Shown here one piece after another: positions 40,522 to 53,567 of a stretch of 64,000 nt of DNA. A program made the translations under genes and the position numbers. Source of the DNA: Paraspadella gotoi (lineage: Eukaryota; Animalia; Chaetognatha); NCBI GenBank assembly GCA_051294375.1, contig CM119263.1, forward strand, positions 27,425,376 through 27,489,375. The letters are read 5' to 3'. The notes under the pieces are model-generated. The model saw only the letters and a program-made list of their open reading frames with translations. It was not told where the DNA came from and ran no database searches. Position 1 is the first letter of the stretch; each line of letters opens with the position of its first letter.

Positions 40522-43361
40522 CAGAAAGTCGACAGCTCCATCCGATGGATGCGAAAGAATATAAGAGAGCCGACTCGAAATTTTTCTCAGGAAAACTCGA
40601 AATTCATTTAGAGTCATAAAATTTCAATTTTTTCTTTCCCGCACAAAATTCTGTCTTTCTTTCGTCGACGAAACAGCAGGAGATGATCGGAGCGATTAAG
40701 TTGCAGGCAACAACTGGCAGCGGATTGGGGGAGTGATCGCGGTATGTAGGTGGAGCGGGGATGAGGGGACGGTGTAGATGAGTGGAGCAAAGCAGAGGTA
40801 TTGATGAAGTGTGAACGTGGTAAAATATGCAAGAAAAGGTAAAAAATGATAATAATGAGTCAAAAATCGAGCACAAAAAAAATATAGTGCGATCGAGTCT
40901 GACACAGGAATTGATTCCTAAGATCGATAGAGAATGATCAGAATACCGTGGACAAGGCATCGAACGAGGAGAGGTTAGGAGGAGAGAAACGAGAGACGAG
41001 AGAGAGAGAGAGAAGCAAGAAAGAACACTGCGAGAGAGAGAGGAGAGAGAGATCGAGAAGAGAGAGAGATTGAGGAGAGACAAAGAGAGGAGAGACTTGC
41101 TTTTGACCAGGAAGAGAACGGAGGCGAGACAGCAGTCATCTTGGCGCGAGGCGCAATAGGAAAAGCGATCGAGTGATTCACTTGTAAGGGGGGGAGAGAT
41201 GAGGGGGGGAATAATCATGTATCGATTTATATTATTATGCGGTTTTGCCAAAGACGCATTTGGGTGGTCTCAGGGTGATGGATCGGTGTGGATGATAGAG
41301 AAGAAGAAGAGAGAGAAGAGAGTAGAGAAAGTAGAGATGAGAGAGAGCAGAGAGTGAGAGAGTAGAGAAGCAGAGATGAGACGTGAATTTAGAGAGAGAG
41401 AAGAGAGAAGTATGAAGTCCACTAAATCCGCCGCCCGCCGGACGATTGGCCGCGCTGATGACTCGTATGCCGGACGGCCGCCTCCGCCCCAACTACCGCG
41501 CGATTTTAATAACGAACCGGTACGACCTGAACCTCTAAAACTGACCCCCCCCCAACTCGAAATACGACCATTTCCACCCCCTCATTTGGTGGGGAAAAAA
41601 AATATGCGGATAAGCACTGAAAGAGATAGGACGAATTGAGCATCCAGGATCGAGAGATCGGATTCGTCTCAGGTTGATCTTTTCTGCGAAGAGGGAAGGC
41701 ACGGTGGTTCGTTCAAGGTCGGAGCGCCCAATCGTGGGCCAGGGAGGACCTCATGGCCTCAAGTCGGAAACAGAGGACTGACGTTTATGAATTTGTATTG
41801 ACTGAGAATCACCGGGAACGGAGCTGAAGGAGGGGCTACAGGGGGGGCGGTGTGAGGGGTTGGGAATGAGGAATTAGGGCAGGAAAAGACAAAAAACCCA
41901 ATGACCCACCCGAAAGAAACACCAAAGAAACCAGAAAAATGTACGCAAACTAAGAACAAAAAGAACGACGTCCAGCGGAGTGAGGAAGAGAAAAAAAACG
42001 GAAAAACAACGGAGAATTTAAATTTAAGAGGGAAGGGGGTGGGCAGTAAGAGGAGAGAGGCTAGGAGGAGCAGAGACCATGGAACGAAGAGAGAGATGGA
42101 TGAACGACAAGAGAGAGAAGATGCAGCGAGAGAGCAGAGAGAGAGATGAGTAATGCCGTAGAGCAGCAAAGTAAGGCCCGCACGCGTCAGTTTTCATGCA
42201 ATTTCGCTCCGGTAAAATATTATCCCAAATTTGATTTCGCTATTCACGTCAAAAAGAAAGAAAAAAAAAGAAAAAAAAGGGAGAAAAAATAAAAGAAGAA
42301 ATTTCGGCGCGACAGAAGATTTTAGTGGATTGGAAAATTGGAGTGGGCGTTTGGTTGGGGTCCTCGGCTGTCGTCAGTATGTTTATGAGATGTGTTTTAA
42401 AGCGGAGATACCGAGGCGTGGTTGGTATTCGCGGGTAGTTTTCGAGTAGGTATGGCGCATCGATCCTCGAGGTGCACGAATCCGCTCGCGTTCGTTTTCC
42501 GATTTTTTTTCCTGTCGACTTCTTGATTTTCCTCCGAGTACACACTCTTTTATTGTTGAGATAGTCGTCATATCTCGCGCAGACGACGATCAAAATCCGA
42601 TGCGATGATCAGCGTCGAATTCGTTGTTGTTGCTTCTTCTGTAGTGGTCTGTGTTGCAACGACTAAAAGATTGAGGACTCAGCACACAAAAACAAAAAGC
42701 AGCAATCAGACTCAACATTAAACGCCTTCGATCGCTAGTGTCGAACAGTGCCGCCACGTCGCTATTGCTGCACACTCACATTGACGATGCTCTCTGTTAC
42801 TATAACATGACAAATGAGAACAGATGATGCACGGACGACGATGTTCGAGTCACAAATCTGTCTGTCGGCCGCGTCGCTGGTGCTGTGCCGTTGCCGCCGC
42901 CGCGCATTGCCCCCTACGCCGTCCCTGACAGTCCGAGGGTGTGCACCGATTTACGCAAAAAATATAATCGACAACATCCACAAGATCGCGCCACGTCAAC
43001 AAACACAACATCAAAGACAACAAACATCAGGAAGCGGTAGGCGCCTCAAAATTATTGCATCGTTCTTCTCTCAACTCATTTTCCTTCAAATCGACCGTCA
43101 TTTATTCAAAGAAAGTAATAAATTTCGTTGCTCTTTGTGTTCTCATTCGATTAAAAAGATTTTTCGTCGAAATTCTCGTCATTAAAGAGACTCGATCGCC
43201 ACCCCCCTCCCCCCTCCGCCCCCCCCACAACAAAAAAAGAAAGAAATTTAAAAGAAAAAAACTTATTCAGAACCAACATGTTTTTTTTATCTTTTTTTTT
43301 TGAAAAGAGGTACACGGAGATTTTGACTGCTGCCTTCCCTTTTCTATCAGCTTATAAAATT

Positions 43362-43415
<54 letters not shown>

Positions 43416-44472
43416 GTCTTTCCTCTCTCCACCACAGACCGGCAGGAGAACATTGTCTATCAGATTTATCGTTCCATTTCTCGCCTCCCCTTTTCGCGAA
43501 CCCCGCACCATTAGATTTATCTCCTTAATCTTTTTCGATCGAATTTAACAAAAAGATGCCGGTTGTTTCTCTCTCTCTCTTCTCTCTCTGTCTTTCTCTT
43601 TCTCTTCTCTACTCTCTCTCAGTCTCTCTCTCTCTCTCTCTCTCTCGTCTCTCTCTCGTCTCTACTCTCTCTCCGGTTTTTTTCCCAACCTACCCTGCCC
43701 TACAGGTCAGACAGAAAATAATCGATCTAATTTTCCGCGGTCACTTTATACCCAGATCATTTCTCCGCGAATTTTATAATTTTTTTAAAGAGGAACCGAA
43801 AATTTTTTTGAGATTTTTCGCATTTCTCTGCGGCACGCCCTTGAAGTAGGGGTAGCCGCCACTCATGGGTTGAGTCAAAATTTAGAGTGAGTAACAAGCC
43901 TCACAATCGAATATTTAGCCATTTTTAAGAATACTTTCAATGCGACAAAAAATTTCTAATATGGCTTATACCCTTAGGTAATTAAGTTTTTTTAATATTT
44001 TATTGTACCCTAGATAGCGAAAGCTGCCAAAATTTTTTTTTATAAATTTAATTATTAGACCAGATTCAGATAGCTCATAAAAAGTAACTTTATTACAAAT
44101 AATTATTACGATAAGGTGTGTCAAAAATAAGAAAAAACCATAAAAAATCATCATCATTCATCATCTTTCGATGCTTTTATCAGCTTTTTTCTATATTTCA
44201 CTTAAAAATACGTAAGAATTTTTTTAAAAAGCTGTAATTATATGTATCTTGTTTAGACTTTTTATGTGCTCTATTCAGAATCATCAAAAATATTTTAAAG
44301 ATTTTAAAAAAAAATTTTTTTGGCCTATATGTAATATAATATTTTTAATTAGAGTACCCTAAATAAAATGAATCAAAAAATATTTTAATACAATAATTAT
44401 ATGATAGATATTTTAACGCTGTTATAATACGATAGCATTTAAATTTCATCGGCTGATGGCTTACCTAAGCTC

Positions 44473-44511
<39 letters not shown>

Positions 44512-45147
44512 CTCTCTCTCTCTCTCCTCTCTCATCTCTACTGGCGCACGACCACCTACTCTGAAGGTCGACGTCCCAACGTTCGGATATTCAACACAGA
44601 CTCAAATGGACATTTCTCTAAGTTTTATCATCTCCGTCTCCGCGCTGATTTTGTACCCAGACATAATTGCACTGATCTCCCTATGTAAAAGATAGCATCC
44701 GTTTTTCACACCCCTGGTTCCCACATATTGACCGGCAACTACCCATAACTCTGACCTAATCTCATATCCCGAATAAAGTAGACCTTCTGGCGTCTCCCCT
44801 CTACCTTTCGGCCCCGTTTCCGACCCCTAGCGCGGCGAACCGCGATAAAAGTCGTATACCGCAGGAGTCGATTGTTGCGTTCCGGATCTTAACACGCGTC
44901 GGCTGGCTCGTGGAGACATAGGGGGGAAGAACAATCCGGGTAGACTTTAAGGGGATGTAAATAGATTGGACAGAGGGAAAGGCCGTCGAGGGAAGAGGCC
45001 GATGATAACGAGGAGATGGAGACGAGAGGAGAGGAGAGAGAGAGATTGAGAGAGTAGAGGAGAAGATAGAGAGATTGCTTGGGCGATTCTCCTTTTCTCG
45101 TCCTTCTTTGCATCTGGCTCTTATTCCTCGGTTCATCCAGCCGCTCC

Positions 45148-45209
45148 GTTGCATCTGTTGCATCTGGTCGTCTTGTTGCATCTGGCCGTCTTGTTGCATC
45201 TGGCCGTCA
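45148..45209. repeat. 18-bp minisatellite (gttgcatctggccgtctt), about 3.5 units
   Basis: Units at 45157, 45175 and 45193, plus a half unit at 45148. Confidence 0.85.
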
Positions 45210-45759
45210 TATGCGCGTCTTATTGTGTTAATTTTTTAAGCGCAATTTTTTTTCTGGCTCATGTCGCCCAGATTTGCGTCTTTTAATTTTCTCAAGACAC
45301 AAGGTTATTCTCATCTTAACCCGCGCATAAAGTTGTCTTGTCGCCTCTTTATTATCTTTGCCCTTGGTTCAATCTCCATTTCATCTCTGTTCCATCTTGG
45401 GTTCCATCTTTCCAGACGCCCCCGCTTCTCTGAAAAAAGAAAGAAAGCCTAATTGACCCCAGGGCAAAAGAGAAAAAAAGGAAAAGGATTTCAGCGCCAT
45501 GCGCCGGTTAATTACATTCCTTAAGATTCCAACTTATGATTCCATCTTTTAATTCCATCTCTCAAATTCCCTTCCTTATCTCAGGAAGTCATCGACACGG
45601 ATTCTTATTCTGTCTAAGTCAACAATGGCGTCCCTTTCTATGTTAGGAGTCGTAATTTATTTTAATGATTTTCAACTTTAACGTCGTCTTAAAAAAAAAG
45701 AAATTGCGCTTTTATTAGTTTCGGACGGTTTCTCCAGATTTTATTGTCTCTCCAGATTT

Positions 45760-45879
<120 letters not shown>

Positions 45880-47104
45880 GTTTTCACACAATCTTTCTTC
45901 TTACAATTTCGGCTACCAAAATGACGTTTATCTCCTAAAAAATAAAACATTACACTTAGCAACGCCTCGAACGACATTGAGGGCAGAAAACGTTTTAAAT
46001 GTCTCTACAAAAAATTGAAACGTTCAAAAAGCGGCACTTTCATCGTCTTAATAAATTATAAACTATTTTTTTTTCTTTTTCACTTTCTCAAACATACATT
46101 TCCTACTTATCATCGCTTTCGCAAAAAAAAAAGAAATCCGACGCAATGCATCAATTAAAATCGTGTAGCCAGTGACGCTAAACGCCTTTTCCCTTTTTCT
46201 TAAAACACATTAAAATTTTGTTTCCCCCAAAAAATAATTCATATTCTTCTTCTATACATCTCCGTCTTTTTTACCTCGCCGTCCAATTAGTCTTACTCAC
46301 AAACCGCCCCCCTTCTTCTTAGAACCGCCCCCCCAGTGTTCGTGTCTCCTTGAGCGGGTGACAAATTACTGTACCTTCTCCGAAGAGAAATGCCGTAATG
46401 ACCCCCGATCGGCTCGTAATTACCTTCGGCTAATTTGCGGCGCACAATAACAGCGATAAGGGACGAGTCCCGATCGGGGCCGCTGGGAGCCCGCCGGGCT
46501 CGGGGCGCCCGCCGAATGAGGAGGCCGGTTTCCCGGGCGCTTCGACGTTGTCTCTGTCTCTGTCTTTCTCTCTCTCTTTAAAAAGATTCACTCTCATTAT
46601 CAATGAGACTGTCAGTCGGATCTTCATTGGAATTGATCGATCCAACTTTCCTATCTGAATCCGATTTATGCTTTAAGCAATTTCTTTTTTTAATTTAAAT
46701 AAAAAATGTTTAAAATTGCCTCGGGGTCTTTCGATAATCATTTCAATAGCATTAAAATTTTAATTAATGTATTTTTGTAGTAAATTTACGATTTTTTTTA
46801 CTGATTCCGATTCGGTCGCCTGGTTTTCGTCGGATATTCCACTTCATTCTTATCTCTCGAGGGAACACAGAGAGAGAGAGAGAGANNNNNNNNNNNNNNN
46901 NNNNNNNNNNNNNNNNNNNNNNNNNNNNNNNNNNNNNNNNNNNNNNNNNNNNNNNNNNNNNNNNNNNNNNNNNNNNNNNNNNNNNNNNNNNNNNNNNNNN
47001 NNNNNNNNNNNNNNNNNNNNNNNNNNNNNNNNNNNNNNNNNNNNNNNNNNNNNNNNNNNNNNNNNNNNNNNNNNNNNNNNNNNNNNNNNNNNNNNNNNNN
47101 NNNN

Positions 47105-48018
47105 GAAAGATTTTTCTGGGTTGCCCGCTAATGGGATTGTTGCGCCGATTTCGAGTCTGAAGCCGAAAAAATATCGAAAGGAAAAAAAAAATTTTAGAAG
47201 ATTTAATTGTGAAATAAAATACTCGGGATTGCGGGAGTGGAGTAATTTTGATATATTTTGATAGATTCTTATCATTATTTATTNNNNNNNNNNNNNNNNN
47301 NNNNNNNNNNNNNNNNNNNNNNNNNNNNNNNNNNNNNNNNNNNNNNNNNNNNNNNNNNNNNNNNNNNNNNNNNNNNNNNNNNNNNNNNNNNNNNNNNNNN
47401 NNNNNNNNNNNNNNNNNNNNNNNNNNNNNNNNNNNNNNNNNNNNNNNNNNNNNNNNNNNNNNNNNNNNNNNNNNNNNNNNNNNNNNNNNNNNNNNNNNNN
47501 NNNNNNNNNNNNNNNNNNNNNNNNNNNNNNNNNNNNNNNNNNNNNNNNNNNNNNNNNNNNNNNNNNNNNNNNNNNNNNNNNNNNNNNNNNNNNNNNNNNN
47601 NNNNNNNNNNNNNNNNNNNNNNNNNNNNNNNNNNNNNNNNNNNNNNNNNNNNNNNNNNNNNNNNNNNNNNNNNNNNNNNNNNNNNNNNNNNNNNNNNNNN
47701 NNNNNNNNNNNNNNNNNNNNNNNNNNNNNNNNNNNNNNNNNNNNNNNNNNNNNNNNNNNNNNNNNNNNNNNNNNNNNNNNNNNNNNNNNNNNNNNNNNNN
47801 NNNNNNNNNNNNNNNNNNNNNNNNNNNNNNNNNNNNNNNNNNNNNNNNNNNNNNNNNNNNNNNNNNNNNNNNNNNNNNNNNNNNNNNNNNNNNNNNNNNN
47901 NNNNNNNNNNCCTTTCACCCTTTTTTTCCGCTCTCGCCCCACTTCTGCCAAGTTTACTCTCCTGCTCTCTTACATCCATTGTACGCATTTTAAGATGTAA
48001 ACATCGGATCCATTGTAA

Positions 48019-48053
<35 letters not shown>

Positions 48054-48589
48054 NNNNNNNNNNNNNNNNNNNNNNNNNGAGAGAGAGAGATAGCGTTAAA
48101 AACTCTCTCTCAAACACCCCTCTCCAGATGTTAATATTAGAGCGAGATCGCGAAGTGGAATACCAAAGTCTGAATTTTGCTCGTATTTTGAAACTTGTTT
48201 TTGTTTTCCTCTGGGGAAGATTAAAGACCCCTCTCTCATCTCTCTCTCTCTCTTCTCTCCTCGTCTCTCGTGCCTCTCTCTCTCTCTCTCATCCTCGTCG
48301 TCTCTCGTCTCCTCTCTCTCTCTCTCTGCTCTCTGCGATTGATTGAAGCGCTCGCGAAAGATTTTTCTGGGTTGCGGTTTGCCCGCTATATGGGAGAGTG
48401 ATTTTGGTGCCGGTTTCGATTTCGTGGTATCCTGGACGAAAATTTCGAGAAGCGAAAAAAAAAAAAAAAAATTTTAGAAGATTAATTGGTGTGAAAATAG
48501 AAAGTATCGATTCGGAGGAGTGGTACAAGAGAGTTAAGAGTAATTTTTTGATATATTTTTGATAGATGTTCTTATCATTAGTTATTTAA

Positions 48590-48620
<31 letters not shown>

Positions 48621-49380
48621 GATTAATTATTATTATTAATTATTATTATTATGTATTATTATTATTATTATTATTATTTGTTATTATTGTTATTATTGTT
48701 ATTATTAATTATTATTATTAATTATATTATTATTATTTATTATTTATTAATTGTTATTTATCACTATTTGAATTGTCAGATACAGATTTTGTATTTTGCA
48801 TGCTTGTTTCAACCTCAGCAACCTCAATTTTATCCGTTATCTCTCTTCTGCTGTCTCTCTCTCTCTTCTCTATTCGTCTCCTCTGCTCTCAGATCGTCTC
48901 ATCTCATTCTCTCATCATCTGCTCCTTCTCTCTCTCACAGTTCCATTCGAATTTATAGACAACTATTTCCGGTATTCCAATATGCGAATGAATGAATGGT
49001 TGAATTTCGAGTGAATGTTGCTATACAATTGACCGGCAAATATATCATAAGACAAACCTGGGTCAAAATTCTTTGGAGAGGTTGGACTTCCACTGCCTTC
49101 GAGAATTTGAACACCCTCTGTTCTTTCTCTCATTCATCTTTTTGCCGATTCCTATCAACTCCTGGTCTCAACAGACATCACAATCTAAATCTCCTCAAAC
49201 ACCCTCTTTCAGCCCTTCCACCGGCTTTCATACAACCTTGTTTTTTTGCCGGGCTTCGTCTGGCCGACCAGCTTCTGCCAAGTTTTTTAACTCTCGCTGC
49301 TCACTCTTACATCCATGTGTACGCAGATTGTTTAAAGAATGTTAACAATCGGATCGCAATTGTAAAGGATCTCTCTCGTC
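47105..49380. repeat. Local direct duplication: 47105-47283 repeated at ~48357-48590 and 47911-48050 repeated at ~49240-49380
   Basis: The second copies are insertion-rich versions of the first, e.g. cttacatccattgtacgcattttaag vs cttacatccatgtgtacgcagattgtttaaag. Confidence 0.85.
48590..48750. repeat. Degenerate (ATT)n microsatellite
   Basis: Imperfect trinucleotide run. Confidence 0.9.
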
Positions 49381-49862
49381 GTCTCTCTCTCTCTCACTCT
49401 CATCTCTCTCTCTCTGTCTCTCGTCTCTCCTCTCGTCTCTCGTGCGGTCTCTGCTCTCGTTCGTCTCTTCTCTCTTCTGCTGACTGCATCATGACTCATC
49501 ACTCCCTCTCTCTCTCCGAATCGAACAACACATGTTGATGATGGAGAAACAGGAAATTGGCCCAACGCTTTCTCCGAATTCTTGCGTCCGACGAGAAATT
49601 CGTCTTTTAAAACCTTTTTTTTTCTTTCCTTTTCTTTTTTCTTTTAATTTCTTTTGCCTTTTTTCCCATTTTTTCCTTCATATCGCTTCTCTTTTAAACT
49701 CATTTTTTTTCATGGCAGCGTGAAAAAAAACTTTTTGGATTTATCGAAATGTCAATAATCTAAAGTTATAATCGTACTTCAGAAAATATTTTTGCCTACA
49801 GTGTTGATATTATTAATTTAACTTAACTATGCAGTCAATCAAAATTAACTGAATCTATATTA

Positions 49863-49954
<92 letters not shown>

Positions 49955-49957
49955 TAT
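49863..49957. repeat. (ATT)n microsatellite
   Basis: Near-perfect run. Confidence 0.95.
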
Positions 49958-51673
49958 ACGAGAGTTAATTATTAATTAGGGTAAGGGTTTCCTCCGTTTA
50001 AGGCAAGAGAGGTCATGAGAAATGAACGGAGAGGACGAGGGAGGAGCAGAGGGAGAGGGAGAGGGAGATGAGAGCGAGAGAGAGATGCGACGAGGAGAAG
50101 AGCGGAGAGCGAGAGACGCCGGAGCGAGAGAGACGAGAGGAGACGCATGCGAGAGGAGTACGAGAGAGGACGAGAGCGCTGGAGAGAGAGGAGAGAAGGA
50201 GGGAGACTGGAAGAACGGAGAGACGCTAGAGGAGCGAGCAAGGATCGAGATGGAGGGAGAGGAGAGAAGACTTATATTCTATCATAGGTTTAGACGCTTT
50301 TCAACGATTTGTGAACGAATTTGAACAGCCATTGAGCATCTTCAATGGAGCTAAAAGCAACTTCGTTTCTTATTGCAGCCACGGCCATAATACAGCCATA
50401 CTTCAGCGTATCGCAGCATCGTGGATGGCGGAATCGGTGGGCGTGGTTCGTTTAATGGCCGCTCGATATTAATCTCGTTCTGGAGATACGAATGCGCCGC
50501 AGAGATTACGAAATAAGTTTTTTTTTCTTTTCCCTCGCATTTCTTTTTTTTCTTTCTTCAGTTAGGGATTTAGAAAAGCGAAAAGATGAGAAGGAAGAAG
50601 AGAGTGGAGTGAGAAGATAGAAGAGGGAGTAATTAAAACGAAGGTAGCAAGAGCGCTCTCGCACCTTGGCGGGATGAGCCGTTGATTCATTTCCATTATG
50701 AAAAAGTGGAAAACTCTTGTAGACGATTTCCGGAAGCGACGCAACGGTCGAGAATGCCTTCACATTCTAAGTAAAACCTTGAAATCGACGAAATCCTTAG
50801 TGAAATCGAATTTTAATAATTAAAATTAATTGTGAGATTTTCGCAAATATTCGTAGCTGGAATGAAGAAATACGTCATAGATAACTAATCGATCTATATA
50901 TCCTGACACGCTCTTCCATTCAGGGCTTAAGGTTTTTATGATTCATTATTGTTTCTATGTTATTCATTCATCATTAATTTTATTGTTTTATAGAGTTTGA
51001 GGATAGGAACCGATGTGGAATCGGGAGCAAAAGAAAATGTTCGCACAAGTCGCTGCAGCTATTTGACAGCCGCAGTTGTATCGATCACGATCTTCTAAAC
51101 AAATATAGAAACAGACGCAATACGAGGGGAGTCATTAGTGTGAGGAATGCAGGAAGCCAAAACAAATAGTAAGAAAATCATTTACCATCACGTACTTGAT
51201 AAACATTTCCCCGCGGCCACAGAGAAGAAATGTTACAAGTCCTCGATTCCCTTTGAGAGAGAGAGAGAGAGGACCTGAGATGCAGAGACGAATAATAACG
51301 AGAGAGGCAGAGACGAGAGAGAGACGATGACGAGAGAAGACTCGAGACCGAGACGTAGAGAGAGGAGACGAGAGAGTCAGAGCGCGGAAAGATCAGAGAG
51401 AGGACGTAAAAGTCGAGCAGAGGTGCAGAGAGTAAGGTGGCGGGTAACAGGTATCCGCATTACCTAACGTAGATCGCCTATGAGTTATGTTGCCAAAAAC
51501 AAATAACGTCAGTAGCCTAAAACAGAACGAGAACGAGAGAGAGATGAAGAGAGAGATCGAGAGAGGGCGAGACGAGAGGAAACGGAGGAGATGAGAGACG
51601 GAGAGAGATGAGAAGATGAGAGAGAAGACGAGAGTAGCAAGCNNNNNNNNNNNNNNNNNNNNNNNNNGATGCG

Positions 51674-51756
51674 TCACGTGAAACTCGAAGAGGATAATGA
51701 TGATGATGACGATCGTAATCACGTGATAACTTTTTAAAGATCACGTGATCACGTGA
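51674..51756. promoter_or_regulatory. Cluster of four TCACGTGA palindromic E-boxes
   Basis: Exact octamers at 51674, 51719, 51741 and 51749. Function is inferred only. Confidence 0.4.
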
Positions 51757-52246
51757 ACAGATATTTAGACAAAACTATGAAACTGAGAGTCGAACGCCTC
51801 TAAGACGATGAGTGTTGAGAGCGTGGAGAGTATCAGCGTCATTTCTCTCTCTCTCTCTCTCTCTCTCTCTGCTCTCTCTACATCTTCTCTCTCTCCTTCT
51901 CTGGCTCTGCGTGTCTCTCTCTCTCTGCCTCTTCGGCGTAGGTCGAATTCATGTTTAACTTTCAAACGGTAGATCGAGAAGTAAATTCAATCTTTAGAAA
52001 GTCGGAAGCAGATATTTTCTCTCTTTCTACTTCTTTGTTAAGTTAGGCTTTTCCAATTACATCAAGTTAAAGTAACGAAATGTTTATATTAAATACGTTA
52101 ATTAATTTATATAACATATAATTATCATGAATAGAGACCGAAGTTAAATCTGAGCAAATTCTGGTAATTTCGCCTCAGGCTGAAATCTAGAGACCTGTCT
52201 TCTTTTATTGCGCAGATGTCCTTTCCTACTTTTCCTCTTCGTTTGC

Positions 52247-52285
<39 letters not shown>

Positions 52286-53412
52286 ATTCAAACTATCTTG
52301 TCATGCCGTCTCTAAACGCGCCTCTGTAAAGAGGATACTCAAAAATCTCAGCAGAGGGAAAAAATTTGTGAGAAGCACCGCTGGAGGGTCTCAAAGTCTT
52401 CGATTAATTAATTGTTTGTCCCTTTTATACGACGCTTTTTATTAATTGTTAGAATTAAATATTTGTTTTGTTTTCAAAATGTCATTTGCATTTTGCAGCA
52501 TGTATGAGATTTTATAATTGAGATAAGAATTGTAAGATTTGTTTGTTGAATGTATTTATTTGTCTTTGTAAAGTTGTATATTTTGATATTTATTCAAATT
52601 AAGCACCGCGTTTTTACTTAGGTTACTTAGGTTCACGTTACATTTAAAAAGTCATCATTAAAATTTTCTAAAAACAGCAGAGCAACCGACCGACCGTAAG
52701 TCATGTGACTGAGTCGATTCCAGCTTCTGACAAAATAAAAAAAAGGGAAGAGAGAGAATTAATCGACCAAAAAGACACAAAAAAAGGGAAAAAGGAGTAA
52801 GAGTACACCAGAAGACTACATACAAAGGCTATAAAAGATGCAAAAAAAGGCGAAGTCCTTCAAAGGCAAAAAGAGAAAAAAAAATCATTGCGCGCCGGAA
52901 GGAGGAGATTTTTAGTACCTGAGATTCTTTTNNNNNNNNNNNNNNNNNNNNNNNNNNNNNNNNNNNNNNNNNNNNNNNNGCGACGCTAGGGAGGCGAACT
53001 TTTCGATTACCTTAACAAAACATTTCTGTCACCCACTTTAAAGGACTCCGACAGAGAGAGAGAAAGAANNNNNNNNNNNNNNNNNNNNNNNNNNNNNNNN
53101 NNNNNNNNNNNNNNNNNNNNNNNNNNNNNNNNNNNNNNNNNNNNNNNNNNNNNNNNNNNNNNNNNNNNNNNNNNNNNNNNNNNNNNNNNNNNNNNNNNNN
53201 NNNNNNNNNNNNNNNNNNNNNNNNNNNNNNNNNNNTTTTTTCCCAAAAAATCGACCTCCTTTCTTCTTTTCTTTTTCTTTTCTCTTCTCAAACTTTTCGA
53301 GAAGGCGAGAGAGACAACGAAATGTGACCACGTGACCAATTTCGATCCACCTATAACACGCCCCCCCCTTTTTTTTCCCCACCTCCCACTCCTTCCTTTC
53401 CACATCCTCCAG

Positions 53413-53567
53413 CTCTGCGCGAGAATTTCCGCATCCACCCTTCGAATCAGTTCGCGGCGTCGGGCGACACGGTGACGCTCCACTGCGTCCCGCCCAACGG
53501 GTATCCTCCGCCGAATGTGGCGTGGAACCGGAACGGAGCGCTGCTGCCGATGGGCGGCCGATATCAG
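53413..53567 (+). CDS. robo: Roundabout receptor exon, N-terminal half of Ig2
   Basis: Pyrimidine tract ending ..cctccag| and donor cag|gtgagt. My translation is LRENFRIHPSNQFAASGDTVTLHCVPPNGYPPPNVAWNRNGALLPMGGRYQ, which matches the Robo Ig2 start pattern (LRDDFR.NP.D...A.GE.AV.EC.PP.GHPEP..SW.KDG). Not in the ORF track because it is a short internal exon. Confidence 0.92.

Noticed and set aside
45088-45231. Hydrophobic stretch FLVLLCIWLLFLGSSS as a robo signal-peptide exon
   Set aside because: I found no in-frame upstream ATG or downstream donor; it runs into an 18-bp minisatellite and a stop.
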